Below, piece by piece: positions 40,001 to 46,866 of a stretch of 64,000 nt of DNA (within the stretch, counting starts at the first letter, position 1; each line of letters begins with the position of its first letter). Under the pieces are notes generated by a model. That model worked only from the letters and a program-made list of their open reading frames with translations, ran no database searches and was not told the DNA's origin. Position numbers and translations under genes: made by a program. Source of the DNA: a virus; IMG/VR virus record IMGVR_UViG_3300032086_003797, positions 110,626-174,625 of that record, one strand, 5' to 3'.

Positions 40001-42127
40001 ATAGCCTTTGGACCCCCTACCGCCACGGGCTCCGCTTTCAATAGTGGCGATGAGATCCTAGCAACCCAAGGGCAAGCCACTCATACGTTTGATGATGATA
40101 TGGCGCAAGTCGTCACGGGTGATTGGGGAATGGTTAGATACGGATACCAGACTACGGCTAAGAATTTGCTAAACGCATCGCTAACAGGCAGTATGCCATC
40201 GGGAAGCGGCTGGCCTTTGCTGCATGGTAATCATGCACCTTACACGCCTCCTTACTGGTATGGTGAGTCATTTGCAAGAATATATTATTCTCCTACAGCT
40301 TCGGGCATGGTGACAATAAATGAGATCCTAGAAGAAGCACAATATGAGTATGGTAATGCAAATGACTATCTCTTTGATTTCAGATATAACGACCTGAATA
40401 AAACAGATGTCAGTGCTTCATTTGGGTCAGCTAATCTTAACTTACCCATGAATATTGTAACAGAAGGCGCTGGTGGCTTAGGATTACCGCCATATATGTG
40501 GAACCGAGCCTGGCAAAATAAGATGGAGATAAAGGCTTCGCTAACAATTAATAATAGACACCCAGGTAACATACAGCCAAACAATGCATGGGTCATTATG
40601 CCTAAGTGGGAATGTCCCATATTGGATTTCCCAGTTAGAGCCGAACCATGGGCTTCAACTAGTGGCTCTTATAACTTTACAGCTTCTTTTGCTAAGGTTG
40701 GTCTTGGCGACCGTGGGTTATTACCTTTCACAAGTCCAGCTAACGGCAGAGAAGTGTGCCCACAACAAGGTATGTGGCACCAATACGGGGTAGTGCCAGA
40801 TGCAGGAGAAGGTGTGCAAATGGTGCTCAGAGATATATCGTCAGGAGATAAAGAGAAGAGAATGAAAGCTCAGATAATTTATCCTGGCACCCAAGGACAA
40901 CCAAATGTTATTGGTGCAGCGGAAGAAAAGATGTTACCTAAAATACCAAATTCGCTGATGGATATAACAGCGTTTGGGGATAGAAAGAGGAAAGTAAGGT
41001 CGCTGGCTAAATTGGTAGGCTTTCCATCCGAAGTGGTTAATAAGCCAGTTGATTTAGGTCGAATAGCTAATAAGAAAACAGTTCATGAAGCTATAATAGC
41101 ACTGCCATATTATGAGGATGCGGAAGCTAATATACAATTTATTCCAATACCCTTGAAAGACGAGTCTAACCAGGTGGTAAGTGAGTTTGGAAAGCAAACA
41201 GCCAAGCTCAGGAAATCATTATCAAAATACATATTGCCACCAGTTATAGAACAAAGAATGTCTTACTTGGTGCCAGAATCATACCCATTATCTTCTGATG
41301 GGGAAGATCTTAGATTAAGACCAGATAGTGCTGTTTACAGCAATGAGGACCCACCACTAGCAATGTATTTGTTTGAGTTTACTACGGAACTAAGTAAACA
41401 GGACTTAGCAGACTGGTGGCAGGGAATAATGCCAGAACCAAGCACTAAGTTTAACAATACAACCATGAACATATCTACAATTGATCATGCTATGCCTGGC
41501 ATCGGTTTGCAAGATTTTGGTGCAAAGCCTGGAGCAGGCGGTGGTAAAGTAGACGAAAGGCTTCGTGACCTTATGGACACATCAAGGTTAGTAAGAGGCG
41601 GCTCGAAAAACGACCCAGGGTTTAGACCTGATATTAAGTGGATGGTGTTCAAAGTGAAGCAGCGTGCCCCAGCTACTTATGAAGAGCTTATCAAGAAAAG
41701 TCTAACTGAAGCAGGTGCAAAAGTGCCAGGTGCTACAGGTCAGACAGCATATGAAAATAGACCTAAAGGTTTCAACTGGCCGTATGATTTCTTTTCTGTG
41801 ATTGAATTAGCGAAGATTAACACCACAGTTACTTTCAGACCAGATATAGACACTATCACAGTAGAAGAAAAAGAAAATACTACACCAGTCAAAAGCCTAG
41901 AGGGCGGCAAGAGAGAAGAGGCACAAGTACCACCTCCAAAGCGTGGTCGCCCTAAGAAATCACCAGCTAAAAAAGAGCCAGCCAAGAAGACAACTGCGCC
42001 AAAGAAAAATCCGCCTAAAAAGCTACCACCTAAAGCTAAATCAAAACCTGCTCGACCTAAGGATGTTGCAAAGAAAAAAGTCTTACCTAATAAATCTAAC
42101 AGCAATCCAAAGAAAACACTCAAATAG
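31007..42127 (+). CDS. Giant virion structural protein (3706 aa) with LamG/concanavalin-like domains, a duplicated insert domain and a Lys/Pro-rich tail
   Basis: WDHYAFV..LYENG..LDEFRFW LamG-like motif; KSKGTRKS baseplate-like motif; internal ~150-aa repeat; basic C-terminus. Confidence 0.65.
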   Translation: MSIKKLFDAKKAGTLGGATRSTLKKLGDNVESPEQIEAALSKARAFSPKIDFSDPANFVKYGSAYRYYYDTFGYIKDYYPYDGSSREKLEFYNGLSPFEQYIFNNEYPKTTGYVTIGAIYGTDGASKQGYTTPTTAEYIQFKGGPHSGTFFATGSGLSNNLEFGGISGSTVEFFYNKTEFDSTISSPTEVILDIWNGVSSGSHDYGRLTIETDSGSADRFYVSYQSGSSGVFKASVPTAGGLTLGSGSWDHYAFVFSNSDDSTSIDLYENGTCKQSNILTGSSINLVTGSLIGRLGALRTAPGPIQASGYGTQATATDAIDMAGYQAAGDPAIKFNITIPVAAGGSNTTITIKFDISSGGSPVSAGADHITIGTAGSNDAANAALVIKAINGDTDSRITYGNGSGDGSSGIGVQGLTASAGSSSTKVTLTISKGGTSGNINSAVAHGAGTVNVVDVANFTGGAVIPAGDGKLSASLDEFRFWKEPRTAEEIGRNWYMGVNGGANTTINNSGLGIYYKFNEGITQVSTTDNVVLDYSSRLSNGAWTGYSTSGTRNTGSAIVSSSAAGFETADPIIYDTHPTYISSRDDLSSLGQQYDYTNNSSLYYTMPGWIIEQDERNGEELAKLTQIMGSYLDTLYAQVGGVLTVKDVSYPTGSVQESPNNDRLLSSLGFEAPDLFDSVGEIVRFLDKDDKRPLESSIHQIKNIIYKNIYNNLSYILKSKGTRKSFGNTLRCMGIDEKIVKISTYADNVEQTITSSYKAIPTEKKFVDFSGLRRYDDQAATIYQHYYADGYDGGSSGLISGNLDLGDNAFTLQADILFPLKPSPAEASYIEPTSPSSSLFGFHTPKITTTTSTDTAWASNTIDFGLQVYAVHATTDYSEITSPQGASRDAYFVVEDRFGNILLKTDTVREVYQNTRWVFALSARPKTYPFSQEVDGTDNDDQSYIIELYGTSFDLEDKRASFDSSKIVNFVTGSSTLASAKRIYAGAHRTDFSGSLLTRSDIRLNSCRFWNTFLTSSVVDQQAKDADAYGLVHPYRNVKTFQTSGSSVFIPAIESLALNWDFETVTGSDASGQFRVDDFSSGSNSTAYENNYQVEYAGTVQRHHSARGDFFKASDTPVRKEYFPSLRLQAPEELSSDDMITVIVEGSDDSVYGRAPRPIRHFFAVEKSMYDAISNDMLEMFASIDEFNNLIGEPVNKYRAEYKDLKKLREIFFRRVTGQRVDLDKYLDYYKWFDGALTNLVEQLFPASAPVAENTRNVVESHVLERNKYQHKYPTLEEYPFEPSGSIKGGYEQQYSWRFNHHPITMTGSVASAADAIDMDGYQAAADPSSRFTIQIPVAAGGSNTTITIKFDVSSGGSPSSYGANAITIATAGSDDASNAALVVKAINGTADSRITYGNAVSVGDGCAGIGVLGITAAEGSNNKKVTLTMTVAGTNGNITSAIAHGAGTVNLVDVNDFTGASDDIIKNDQGENCSWWANRAERNANPLNLGPNAVVGAATTLDRQNIFTSVRKKELDNQRNKFYKFGGAVEKSVAGGHNQSFNKIKANVLSFDQVSDQSTCTDEEVPAGSPLEKSRQKFRISIAGQTYKGDRMAPFSLYKALVPSEHNKQLTNTGLSGSHMTNIHEDSYYGSGFEVPMQGPFTSQHVGGLLARARTSQIEGAVNLRRENYRLTIASGTGSLARLDTEIGANSSGKGHYYRGITAKRPVNIANIAHQTASDGGGPGGSGGTIVGNFDKNYQVLQTSGRKINNLDFRDDPDAYNPSAFLSPYVGGLVETPVPSRRNTEYTLKARTTNKTIFVNRFSSPGSVETNTPAFLDFNSQEIAPNNALPFRNMLIRSVNEGHNTLSQGWGGHINTTQRSFLGLGYTIQDLNTGSFSTVVTSRHDVNRNAKPKPFLTQFDLSAFGQGQIESIGSGSIHNNNFITTPIPQADNMSWFMAYSGSDTQTYNHFFHSGGLMPESITVPSPPNLEGQSGINEGTPFSISAVAELTTIGIDARDALGSFDKFTLSGAAWVVYDYTGSSWLFSTDLSGASGPTGHESLLSAGAINNIHYVDISSVSNAKGVMTAMSSAISASGIGQVATDGTGDLNQTASITNLTIRSHNNPGVMEITSSAQAFSNIFILPDEQGGATFLSTENDLDKYTAAASAQSAMGASTDVEGVTATTGYLRSLPFDGLSDYRTNDASAIFTASNGQVQYRWGAGNNYNSWQQVRQSQLRSRESIVKSNQINVFEVAMSNGNQVETQVTLDDPFLFISAEPIKTILSVVDENSPEDGQLKFRDITVKHSYGNQRQGFINGDANVKHKYTGKGDKFLYDSLRDIRSISYSKNLAPEETGIGRIKSHEITQQIYPQARHQFLSESMLRNNYLYTRWQNDDDAINNRIENDLHVVSDLFQGDLPNPDTDDKVAGRIELIYKTHNRQVDRLVVGYTNSQNYTLEEHYQHPFDIVDGIVAKRTGSGGASTDGTASIWPLDSFLFSDSVYSGSIPVLSGVTVGSISASAQYGIHDAVRWDLNFFTNLGAGELMWFRAGAAARTGSQGYAPQGWYTRRNCQYINQMVHLDFDSLSSGVNYTQSVFGPSMGGALFMPPWTAGRDRRAVDGNNKGELIGSRGPFYNTYEDFADGVKLVGRGMGIIPEFRISEHIDHYEGTNNGDYFAANTASYSITGSAITNLNNSADDGFMKRFQNTDFIKYLSQFMVEDQDMNGLPTDLKLEAQAVQRLLPYDGFYPVIRTLQIATLFSQSYSPGLFPVAGGLGAADQTEISASGWQNILDYFYAPGIMYNSIKSGLAVDHPVFTVKEDRIPREKGTIGEVLSGSTDAQTFAEIVSDTKRAAGLRQSDHTIGPLTSGGGSRREITKFYKDIILPRRLGTAEEVQPTGSEEFLAHQIYFPDRIPFETIINPTDYLLQNKFNSNQTYDWFRNDTTSSFSYFANNKYVKGAGNFFGAIPDVFLENSRLTSIATDPNLVDPQAISVQSGTLYAMEVALRKTDQFNMYSNPIAFGPPTATGSAFNSGDEILATQGQATHTFDDDMAQVVTGDWGMVRYGYQTTAKNLLNASLTGSMPSGSGWPLLHGNHAPYTPPYWYGESFARIYYSPTASGMVTINEILEEAQYEYGNANDYLFDFRYNDLNKTDVSASFGSANLNLPMNIVTEGAGGLGLPPYMWNRAWQNKMEIKASLTINNRHPGNIQPNNAWVIMPKWECPILDFPVRAEPWASTSGSYNFTASFAKVGLGDRGLLPFTSPANGREVCPQQGMWHQYGVVPDAGEGVQMVLRDISSGDKEKRMKAQIIYPGTQGQPNVIGAAEEKMLPKIPNSLMDITAFGDRKRKVRSLAKLVGFPSEVVNKPVDLGRIANKKTVHEAIIALPYYEDAEANIQFIPIPLKDESNQVVSEFGKQTAKLRKSLSKYILPPVIEQRMSYLVPESYPLSSDGEDLRLRPDSAVYSNEDPPLAMYLFEFTTELSKQDLADWWQGIMPEPSTKFNNTTMNISTIDHAMPGIGLQDFGAKPGAGGGKVDERLRDLMDTSRLVRGGSKNDPGFRPDIKWMVFKVKQRAPATYEELIKKSLTEAGAKVPGATGQTAYENRPKGFNWPYDFFSVIELAKINTTVTFRPDIDTITVEEKENTTPVKSLEGGKREEAQVPPPKRGRPKKSPAKKEPAKKTTAPKKNPPKKLPPKAKSKPARPKDVAKKKVLPNKSNSNPKKTLK
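31946..32392 (+). repeat. Intragenic repeat domain, copy 1 (~150 aa)
   Basis: ATATDAIDMAGYQAA...IPVAAGGSNTTITIKFD...DSRITYGN...AHGAGTVNVVDVANFTGG. Confidence 0.9.
34940..35392 (+). repeat. Intragenic repeat domain, copy 2 (~150 aa)
   Basis: ASAADAIDMDGYQAA...IPVAAGGSNTTITIKFD...DSRITYGN...AHGAGTVNLVDVNDFTGA. Confidence 0.9.
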
Positions 42128-42151
42128 TTTTGATAAAAGAGTATTTATAAT

Positions 42152-42964
42152 ATGACCACCTATTTCAACAAAAAAGAGGAAGTAATAGAAATACAGTTGA
42201 CCCAGTACGGCAAATACTTATTGTCTAAGGGTAAACTTGCTCCCGCTTTTTACAGCTTTTACGACGACGATATTTTGTATGATGGATCACATGGTGGTGT
42301 TACAGAATTACAAAATGACATTGTAAATAGAATTAAAGACACGCCATACCTAAGAGCAGTTTATGATTTTTCCTCCTCTATAGAATTTCCCAAACCATAT
42401 TCTAAAGAATCGCTGGGGGTTATAGATACAAACCATGCTCTGAGTAAGCCCATTGGAACAATAGATTCAGCTAAAGATTTCAAGCCAGCATGGAAAGTTA
42501 GAAAAGCAAGAAATAGTGCAGCTAATCCAACGGGATCACACCAATATTTAGAGACTTATAACAGGGGGCAAAGAGTACCACAAATGGAATTTACTGGTTC
42601 TATTACATACTCTAGTCAATCATATGGTCTAATTGTAGAGGATGAAAAGCCAGTAGTATTAAACCTAGAAGAAGTAAACGGTGTATTCAAGCCAAAAGGT
42701 AATTTTTCTGTTGAGGTCTTTGAGGTGGTTTCTGGAGCAATGACGAGACAATTATACTTTATCCCAGAAATGAGTGCTAGAGCCGAAGATGATTTTATCA
42801 AGGCATCGGAAGAAGATTTATTAGAAAGATATCCAGACTTGAACAGCACGTTTGCAGAATATTATTTAGACATTAGGGTTGATCGTGAAATAGATGATGC
42901 TGATCAGCAAGTTGATAGTGTGGATATATATACTGATGATGATGGAACTGGGGAGGTCTGCTAA
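42152..42964 (+). CDS. Virion/baseplate-associated protein, N-terminus related to 49344..50315
   Basis: IQLTQYGKYLLSKG...YSFYDDDILY vs AVLTDTGRKRLAKG...FAFGDDEINY. Confidence 0.55.
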   Translation: MTTYFNKKEEVIEIQLTQYGKYLLSKGKLAPAFYSFYDDDILYDGSHGGVTELQNDIVNRIKDTPYLRAVYDFSSSIEFPKPYSKESLGVIDTNHALSKPIGTIDSAKDFKPAWKVRKARNSAANPTGSHQYLETYNRGQRVPQMEFTGSITYSSQSYGLIVEDEKPVVLNLEEVNGVFKPKGNFSVEVFEVVSGAMTRQLYFIPEMSARAEDDFIKASEEDLLERYPDLNSTFAEYYLDIRVDREIDDADQQVDSVDIYTDDDGTGEVC

Positions 42965-45900
42965 TGCCGCAATTTCGTTTTGATAGTTGTGTTGCGTTTG
43001 ACGGACTAACACCAGAAATAAGCATTAGGAAGGTGACTTTTGAGCCATCACTTGATGCGGCGCAAGCTGATAGTGGCGCTGGCTACCTTACGGTAAATAG
43101 TAGTTTTATTGAGACTGTAGAAGATGAAGCGCAAGATACTTGGTTCGATGACCAAGAGGGTCAACAATATACAAGTATTAGAACTTTGGTATCGGTTGAT
43201 TCTAACATCACCAAACAACTGATGAATATCATAAGGGCAGTCACAGAACAACGTGACGGCTTAGAAGGCGACTTGTCGCTCATGTCGGATTTAATTAATG
43301 GTATTCATGACTTTTCTGAAGAAGAAGCGACACAAGCCGCAGAACTGCTAGGTCTCTTAGGCACACATCAAATGGAAAACGGGCACTTCCACCCAGGGCA
43401 AAATCATGCAAGTTTCAGGGCGGCTGTAAGGCGCTTGGCGGCGTGTATCAGAGCTTTAACTTCAAGAACATTTTTTGGCGCTGACCCCGACGGCAGCGGT
43501 ATATATGGTGCGAACGAAAGATTTAGTTTAACAGAGGGCGGTAGAAATAGAGTCTTGACTTTTGGTGATCCCACTAATAATAACTTATTTGTAATAGAGC
43601 AGTCGATGCGCTCCCTTACCATGGATGAGCAGTTCATGGCACAAATGGAAAAAACAATAAATGACGATGGTGCCGAGGTTAGGGTTGCTAACATGCCAAG
43701 ACTTCAGTATGTCTCTATACCCTTGAACGCAGATCATCTAACAGTCTTATCATTTGCGTTTATAGATACTGAAGCACTTCGCCAGACCTTTGATGAAACA
43801 CCGCAGGGCGAAAGGTTAGACTTTACATTTACAGATGTTACAACGGCGATTGTGCAATCAAATGTCTTCATAACTCCTTTATCCGAAACGGCAGAGGAGG
43901 CATTATCGCCAGATACTACCAACTTATCGCCTCAGTCTAATATTTTTGAAGACTTAAGAGGTGTCTTCGCCATCACCCGAACACTAGATACACGTTCAGG
44001 TTATACCAATGAAAGAGAGAGCAATGGTGTAAACCTGTCGGATTTTGAAGATGAAATAAGATCGATGTCGGTAGATGTTGACGAGGGTATACAAAAGGCT
44101 CTTTCTCGTAATTCAACAGTATTTTCTGATCTGTGGTCGTCGAGGCGACGTGATGACGCAATAGATCTGTCCTTCGTTTTCAATGAAAGGTTGTTCCTAA
44201 AACAATCCAGTGTATTTCCTAAATTATATCAAAATGAAACATTTGCCTTATTGGCTGACGGTCTCGGCGGCGGCGTATCGAGAATAAGGGTATATAAACA
44301 GCAAGTCAATTCAAAAATACTAACTAACGACAATTCATTATCAACATCCAGTAGGGCTAGTTTATTATTGGGTCGTGACCAAGAAAAAGAATATATTTCT
44401 ACTGGTTTAGACAACGAGATGCTTATAAATGATTTCTCGGAAGATCTATATTTTGGATCTAGAGCAGAAGGAAATGGCAAAACCAGGGGGTTGATGTTCC
44501 TAACTTGCACAGATTACGATAATCAGGACGCTAGAAACGTCATAGGAAAAACATTCCAGTACGGTGTCGAAATAGATTATGTAGACCCAACTGTTGATAT
44601 GGTACTAAAAATGACAAATGGCTTATTGGAGCAAGCTCAGAACATCCAAGACATAATCGAAGACTTAGTTAACCAACCATCAAGCGACCCTGATGAGCGC
44701 CGACGTTTGCATGGGTCCACTACTGAGAGATTGAATAACATAATGAGAAGATGGGTACCCCTGATGGATGCTTTGGCTAGTATTGATATAATAAGTGGTG
44801 CAGGTTCAATCCAGGATTATGTAAATAGAATGGCAGGGACAGCCGATCAGACGGTGTACGAGCGAGCAGAAAGTATCGGGCGCATTGTTGATATATTTCA
44901 GTTTTATGGTTCAGAATTGGAAATTGAATTACGAAAAGCTGTGCCTGGAATAGAGGTTTACCCTGGGGATGACAGCCCAGAATCAGCTAACTATGCATCT
45001 TCTGGTGGCAGCGGTACTGGCAGCACATCTAGATCTATCAACACAATAGAATATAGATTCAATAATATATTGCCCGCCGACCAGGGTGCTGGGTACGATT
45101 ATCTTAGATATGAAGAGGAGCCTACGATAAACCCAGGACTAGAAATAGTCAGCCTTACAGATTATCTTAACCGCTGTGATATAGAAACGGAAAAATATTT
45201 TACGAATCCAGGGAGCGTGAAGGGAGCAAATGCGGCAAAAGTTAAGTATTTTACTCCGTCTGTTATTCTAAACCCGCTTGGACAATCAATAGTTCAAGTG
45301 GGTGATAACATAAGAGATTACAATAATTATGCCAATTTTACTGCTGGAATGATTTCTTATAAAAACCAAAAGGATAATATGGTCGCTGTCAATAAAAGTT
45401 CATTAGGTCAAGATATAGGTCTCGACACAGCGGAGATATTTTTGCAAGAGCTACAGTCCCAAGGTGTTACGGTAGAATACAATACAGACAGGAATAGGAA
45501 TAGAGACCAGGTGAACAATAGATCACCATTTTCAAAAATAGGTTTAGGAAATTCCAAACAAGAGCAAACAGAAAGTAATCAGAGTGACCTCTTAGACAGA
45601 GATGAAAACCTTAGATCTAGAAGAGGCGAAGAACAAGAGACAAGAGATGTACAATCAGACGATAGGGATGTAAAAAAAGCACTCGCTAACTTACTAGGTC
45701 CTATGTCACTAAGCACAAACAACTCTGGTACCCAACAAAAAGATAAAGCAAACTCTTTTACTAAAGTGGTCTTAAAGGCACCAGAAGAAACATTTGAAGA
45801 CATTTCTTTATTTCCGAATCAACTCAAAGCCATGGTAAGTATCGTGCTATCTAAGTTTAACGATGATGTGGATGAATATATAAATTACAATTATGATTTT

Positions 45901-46866
45901 GAAGAAATAAGACAGCTTGTAGGCTCAAATAATCAGCAGACAGATTTGACGGACCCAATGCGAGACTACTCTAGATATGCAGCTTACTGGCTGAATTACA
46001 AACAGCTTGCAAGGGTAGAGATATTAAGTGGATTTTCACTTACAGCAGGCGGACAAATCAACATATCATCAGCAAATTGGAGAGAAATATCTGTGCAAGA
46101 CATTAATAGTTTGCCAGTTAGGTCTATTATGTTATGTAGGTTTTCTTCTGCTTTGCTTGCATTGGGTGATTTAGGGGACATGTTGGGACTAAGCTCCCCA
46201 AGCGGGCTTGACTTGCCAACATATAACCAGTATTTTCTTCTGACTCGCACTGACGAAGAAGAGGGCGTATCAATTATAGAAGAAGATATACAAATTGAAG
46301 AAGCACCCCAACAACTGCAAACATTTGAGCCTACCGCAAACCAGCAGCAGCTTGAGAGTTTTATTCTATCCCCAGAACCTCCTCAGATAGGTGATAGAAA
46401 TCAAATAGCTAGAGTATTGGAAAGGTTTGGTAACAATGTAGTGCCTAAACTGGATGTTCAGAGGGTTTTTACACCACCACCCGTATCTATGGACCAGGCT
46501 CCACAAAATGGAATGGATATTATTACACCAAAACGAGAGTTAAGAGAAGAGGTCGTCAGACCACCAGTGCAGCAAAATATACCCGCAAGGACAAAATTTG
46601 AAGATTTGCTAGATAACATTATTCAGACTCCCAGGGATCAAGTCAGAGAAACACGACAGGTTGCTCAAAGATTACAAGACACGCAACCAAATGTAAGTAG
46701 GCAACAAAGTCAGCGCCGTGGCTTCACGCAGGCGAGACAAAATAACATGCAGCAGTCTAGATTAGGACAGAACCAAGCAAGAAACTTCCAAAGGACAAAT
46801 ATGAATGTTAATACACCTATGAGAAACATCAACACCAACAACTTCGGCGGCGGAGGAGGATACTGA
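42964..46866 (+). CDS. Large hypothetical virion-module protein (1300 aa) with Q/N/R-rich C-terminus
   Basis: Long ORF coupled to neighbours (TAATG, TGATG junctions). Confidence 0.5.
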   Translation: MPQFRFDSCVAFDGLTPEISIRKVTFEPSLDAAQADSGAGYLTVNSSFIETVEDEAQDTWFDDQEGQQYTSIRTLVSVDSNITKQLMNIIRAVTEQRDGLEGDLSLMSDLINGIHDFSEEEATQAAELLGLLGTHQMENGHFHPGQNHASFRAAVRRLAACIRALTSRTFFGADPDGSGIYGANERFSLTEGGRNRVLTFGDPTNNNLFVIEQSMRSLTMDEQFMAQMEKTINDDGAEVRVANMPRLQYVSIPLNADHLTVLSFAFIDTEALRQTFDETPQGERLDFTFTDVTTAIVQSNVFITPLSETAEEALSPDTTNLSPQSNIFEDLRGVFAITRTLDTRSGYTNERESNGVNLSDFEDEIRSMSVDVDEGIQKALSRNSTVFSDLWSSRRRDDAIDLSFVFNERLFLKQSSVFPKLYQNETFALLADGLGGGVSRIRVYKQQVNSKILTNDNSLSTSSRASLLLGRDQEKEYISTGLDNEMLINDFSEDLYFGSRAEGNGKTRGLMFLTCTDYDNQDARNVIGKTFQYGVEIDYVDPTVDMVLKMTNGLLEQAQNIQDIIEDLVNQPSSDPDERRRLHGSTTERLNNIMRRWVPLMDALASIDIISGAGSIQDYVNRMAGTADQTVYERAESIGRIVDIFQFYGSELEIELRKAVPGIEVYPGDDSPESANYASSGGSGTGSTSRSINTIEYRFNNILPADQGAGYDYLRYEEEPTINPGLEIVSLTDYLNRCDIETEKYFTNPGSVKGANAAKVKYFTPSVILNPLGQSIVQVGDNIRDYNNYANFTAGMISYKNQKDNMVAVNKSSLGQDIGLDTAEIFLQELQSQGVTVEYNTDRNRNRDQVNNRSPFSKIGLGNSKQEQTESNQSDLLDRDENLRSRRGEEQETRDVQSDDRDVKKALANLLGPMSLSTNNSGTQQKDKANSFTKVVLKAPEETFEDISLFPNQLKAMVSIVLSKFNDDVDEYINYNYDFEEIRQLVGSNNQQTDLTDPMRDYSRYAAYWLNYKQLARVEILSGFSLTAGGQINISSANWREISVQDINSLPVRSIMLCRFSSALLALGDLGDMLGLSSPSGLDLPTYNQYFLLTRTDEEEGVSIIEEDIQIEEAPQQLQTFEPTANQQQLESFILSPEPPQIGDRNQIARVLERFGNNVVPKLDVQRVFTPPPVSMDQAPQNGMDIITPKRELREEVVRPPVQQNIPARTKFEDLLDNIIQTPRDQVRETRQVAQRLQDTQPNVSRQQSQRRGFTQARQNNMQQSRLGQNQARNFQRTNMNVNTPMRNINTNNFGGGGGY

